A program made the translations under genes and the position numbers. A DNA stretch of 59,949 nt, the filler included, from Dimargaris cristalligena (lineage: Eukaryota): assembly GCA_003614675.1 (NCBI GenBank). It is 7 parts of 7 records of this genome, joined end to end, with 100 filler letters (N's around TTAATTAATTAA, not from the genome) between each part and the next. Parts side by side here need not be neighbours in the genome. Positions count along the whole stretch, not along the records: positions 51,510 to 59,949 come from ML003328.1; 6 more parts are not named here. One strand, given 5' to 3'. Within the stretch, counting starts at the first letter, position 1; every line of letters starts with the position of its first letter. Shown piece by piece: positions 58,765-59,949 of the stretch. The notes under the pieces are model-generated. The model was not told the DNA's origin and made no database searches. It saw only the letters and a program-made list of their open reading frames with translations.

Positions 58765-59949
58765 CCTTTTCTCCTGTTATATGCCCCGTTTCCATTTTTC
58801 ATCTAGCCTTCCTCCCCTTGTGGTGCACTTCCAGATGGCCCGACTGTAGCCAAGTGCGCACAGGGGGATTTAGGAGGCCGGAAATGGAATACGCCTTGGG
58901 GCATTTTGATAAACCTCCAGTCCAGAGTGGGTACTGCTTCCTGGACTATTTTGGTCACAATGTGATATAAGAAATGTCATATATTTGGGACCAGTCGGCT
59001 CTCCTCGTCTACACGCTGTTTGGGATGCCACAGTAAAAGGGGAACCCGCCGCCCTGGGGATCTGGCGGGCTGGAAAATGGGCCTATGGATTTCGAGCCAC
59101 AAGCCTATGTAAAACCTCTTTTTCCCCCGTTAAATTACCAGCCTGAAACCTCCTACCCCAATCCCACCGTTAGCCACTGTCCACCTGCTTGGCAAGGTTA
59201 GCAAACTATGGCATGTTTTGTCGGAGAGGCTGTACCTCTCCTTCCCTAGACACGGGGACAGTGGGGGGTTGAAGGACAGGGAAACATAAGCTGATTTGAA
59301 GAAAATGTTCATGCTAATATCAGCGAAGGTGTTTTTTGCCTACTACCACTGCTTATCAATGAACTGCAAGTATTATTATATCCAGTCTAGGCTTTCCCTT
59401 TGTACATTTGTCTTGTTAGCTTAATTTGTAAGGGCAACTTCAACCAAACAGACAGTATAGCACTACTGCCATAGCACTTGCCCTTAAACTATTTAAAATA
59501 GTAGCCAAGTATACCACTAGTAGGGGGCCACACGCCACTCGTCGTAAAGGACGTACTAAATACCTCCTATTTGCTATTCCAGTTCAAGTACGAAAATTAA
59601 TGGCACCAGCTATTATATGATAGAGACCCAGTGGATTTTATTAAAATAACACCTATAATTAACGTTTAATAGACCCACAATCCTTAAACGGGCTGGTTAG
59701 TATTTTTTCACTATAAACTACCGCCTCTACCTCCAATCATTTCTGTCCCTTTTACTCCCCAAGTGCCACAGACTGATCCATTTACTGTCCCAATAAAGAG
59801 CAGTCAGATGCCGGTGTATTTATCCCGATGGTCGAGCAAGTTTTTTTTTCGCAGACAATTTTACACTCACAGGAGCAATGGGGCATAAGCCCCCCCTTTT
59901 CTCCTGGTATATGCCCCGTTTCCATTTTTCATCTAGCCTTCCTCCCCTT
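58765..59949 (+). repeat. 55-bp direct repeat (58765-58819 and 59895-59949), offset 1130 bp; second copy cut by the window end
   Basis: CCTTTTCTCCTG(T/G)TATATGCCCCGTTTCCATTTTTCATCTAGCCTTCCTCCCCTT occurs twice with one mismatch. Confidence 0.9.

Noticed and set aside
1-59949. CRISPR arrays, rRNA, prokaryotic or viral systems
   Set aside because: No repeat-spacer arrays, rRNA-like segments or operon structure seen; all identifiable genes are eukaryotic or retroelement-derived.

Overview
Eukaryotic, fungal DNA (GT-AG introns with CTRAC-type branch sites; RPN7, eL20, CKS1, UBR1 and PP2A-A genes). An early-diverging fungus such as Zoopagomycota is my unverified impression. The window is not one locus. 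It is seven contigs of descending length (8537, 8518, 8488, 8467, 8456, 8443, 8440 bp) joined by artificial 100-bp N/TTAATTAATTAA/N spacers, so adjacency across spacers means nothing. Contents: spliced RPN7 (5' end unresolved) followed by a perfect 150-bp inverted repeat; two halves of a very long (>=3170 aa) UBR1 N-recognin on two contigs; an MFS pseudogene; RPL20 with structured introns; CKS1 with a 19-nt micro-exon; an acyl-CoA-synthetase-like protein and a secreted pepsin-like protein, both with degenerate catalytic motifs; an F-box/LRR-like gene; a PP2A scaffold fragment; an unknown intron-rich gene; three secreted-protein genes with lesions and a shared TATAAATA-CGG promoter motif; and nested mobile DNA (four copies of one LTR family, a second repeat family, a decayed DIRS element with RT-RH-MT, and the 3' end of a Ty1/copia). 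The strongest system-level signal is repeat-confined C-to-T mutagenesis: reciprocal CA/TG differences at ancestral CpGs, a kilobase-scale CpG-free tract and some CpA-to-TpA changes. This points to methylation-driven or RIP-like genome defence. All alignments and counts were done by eye.
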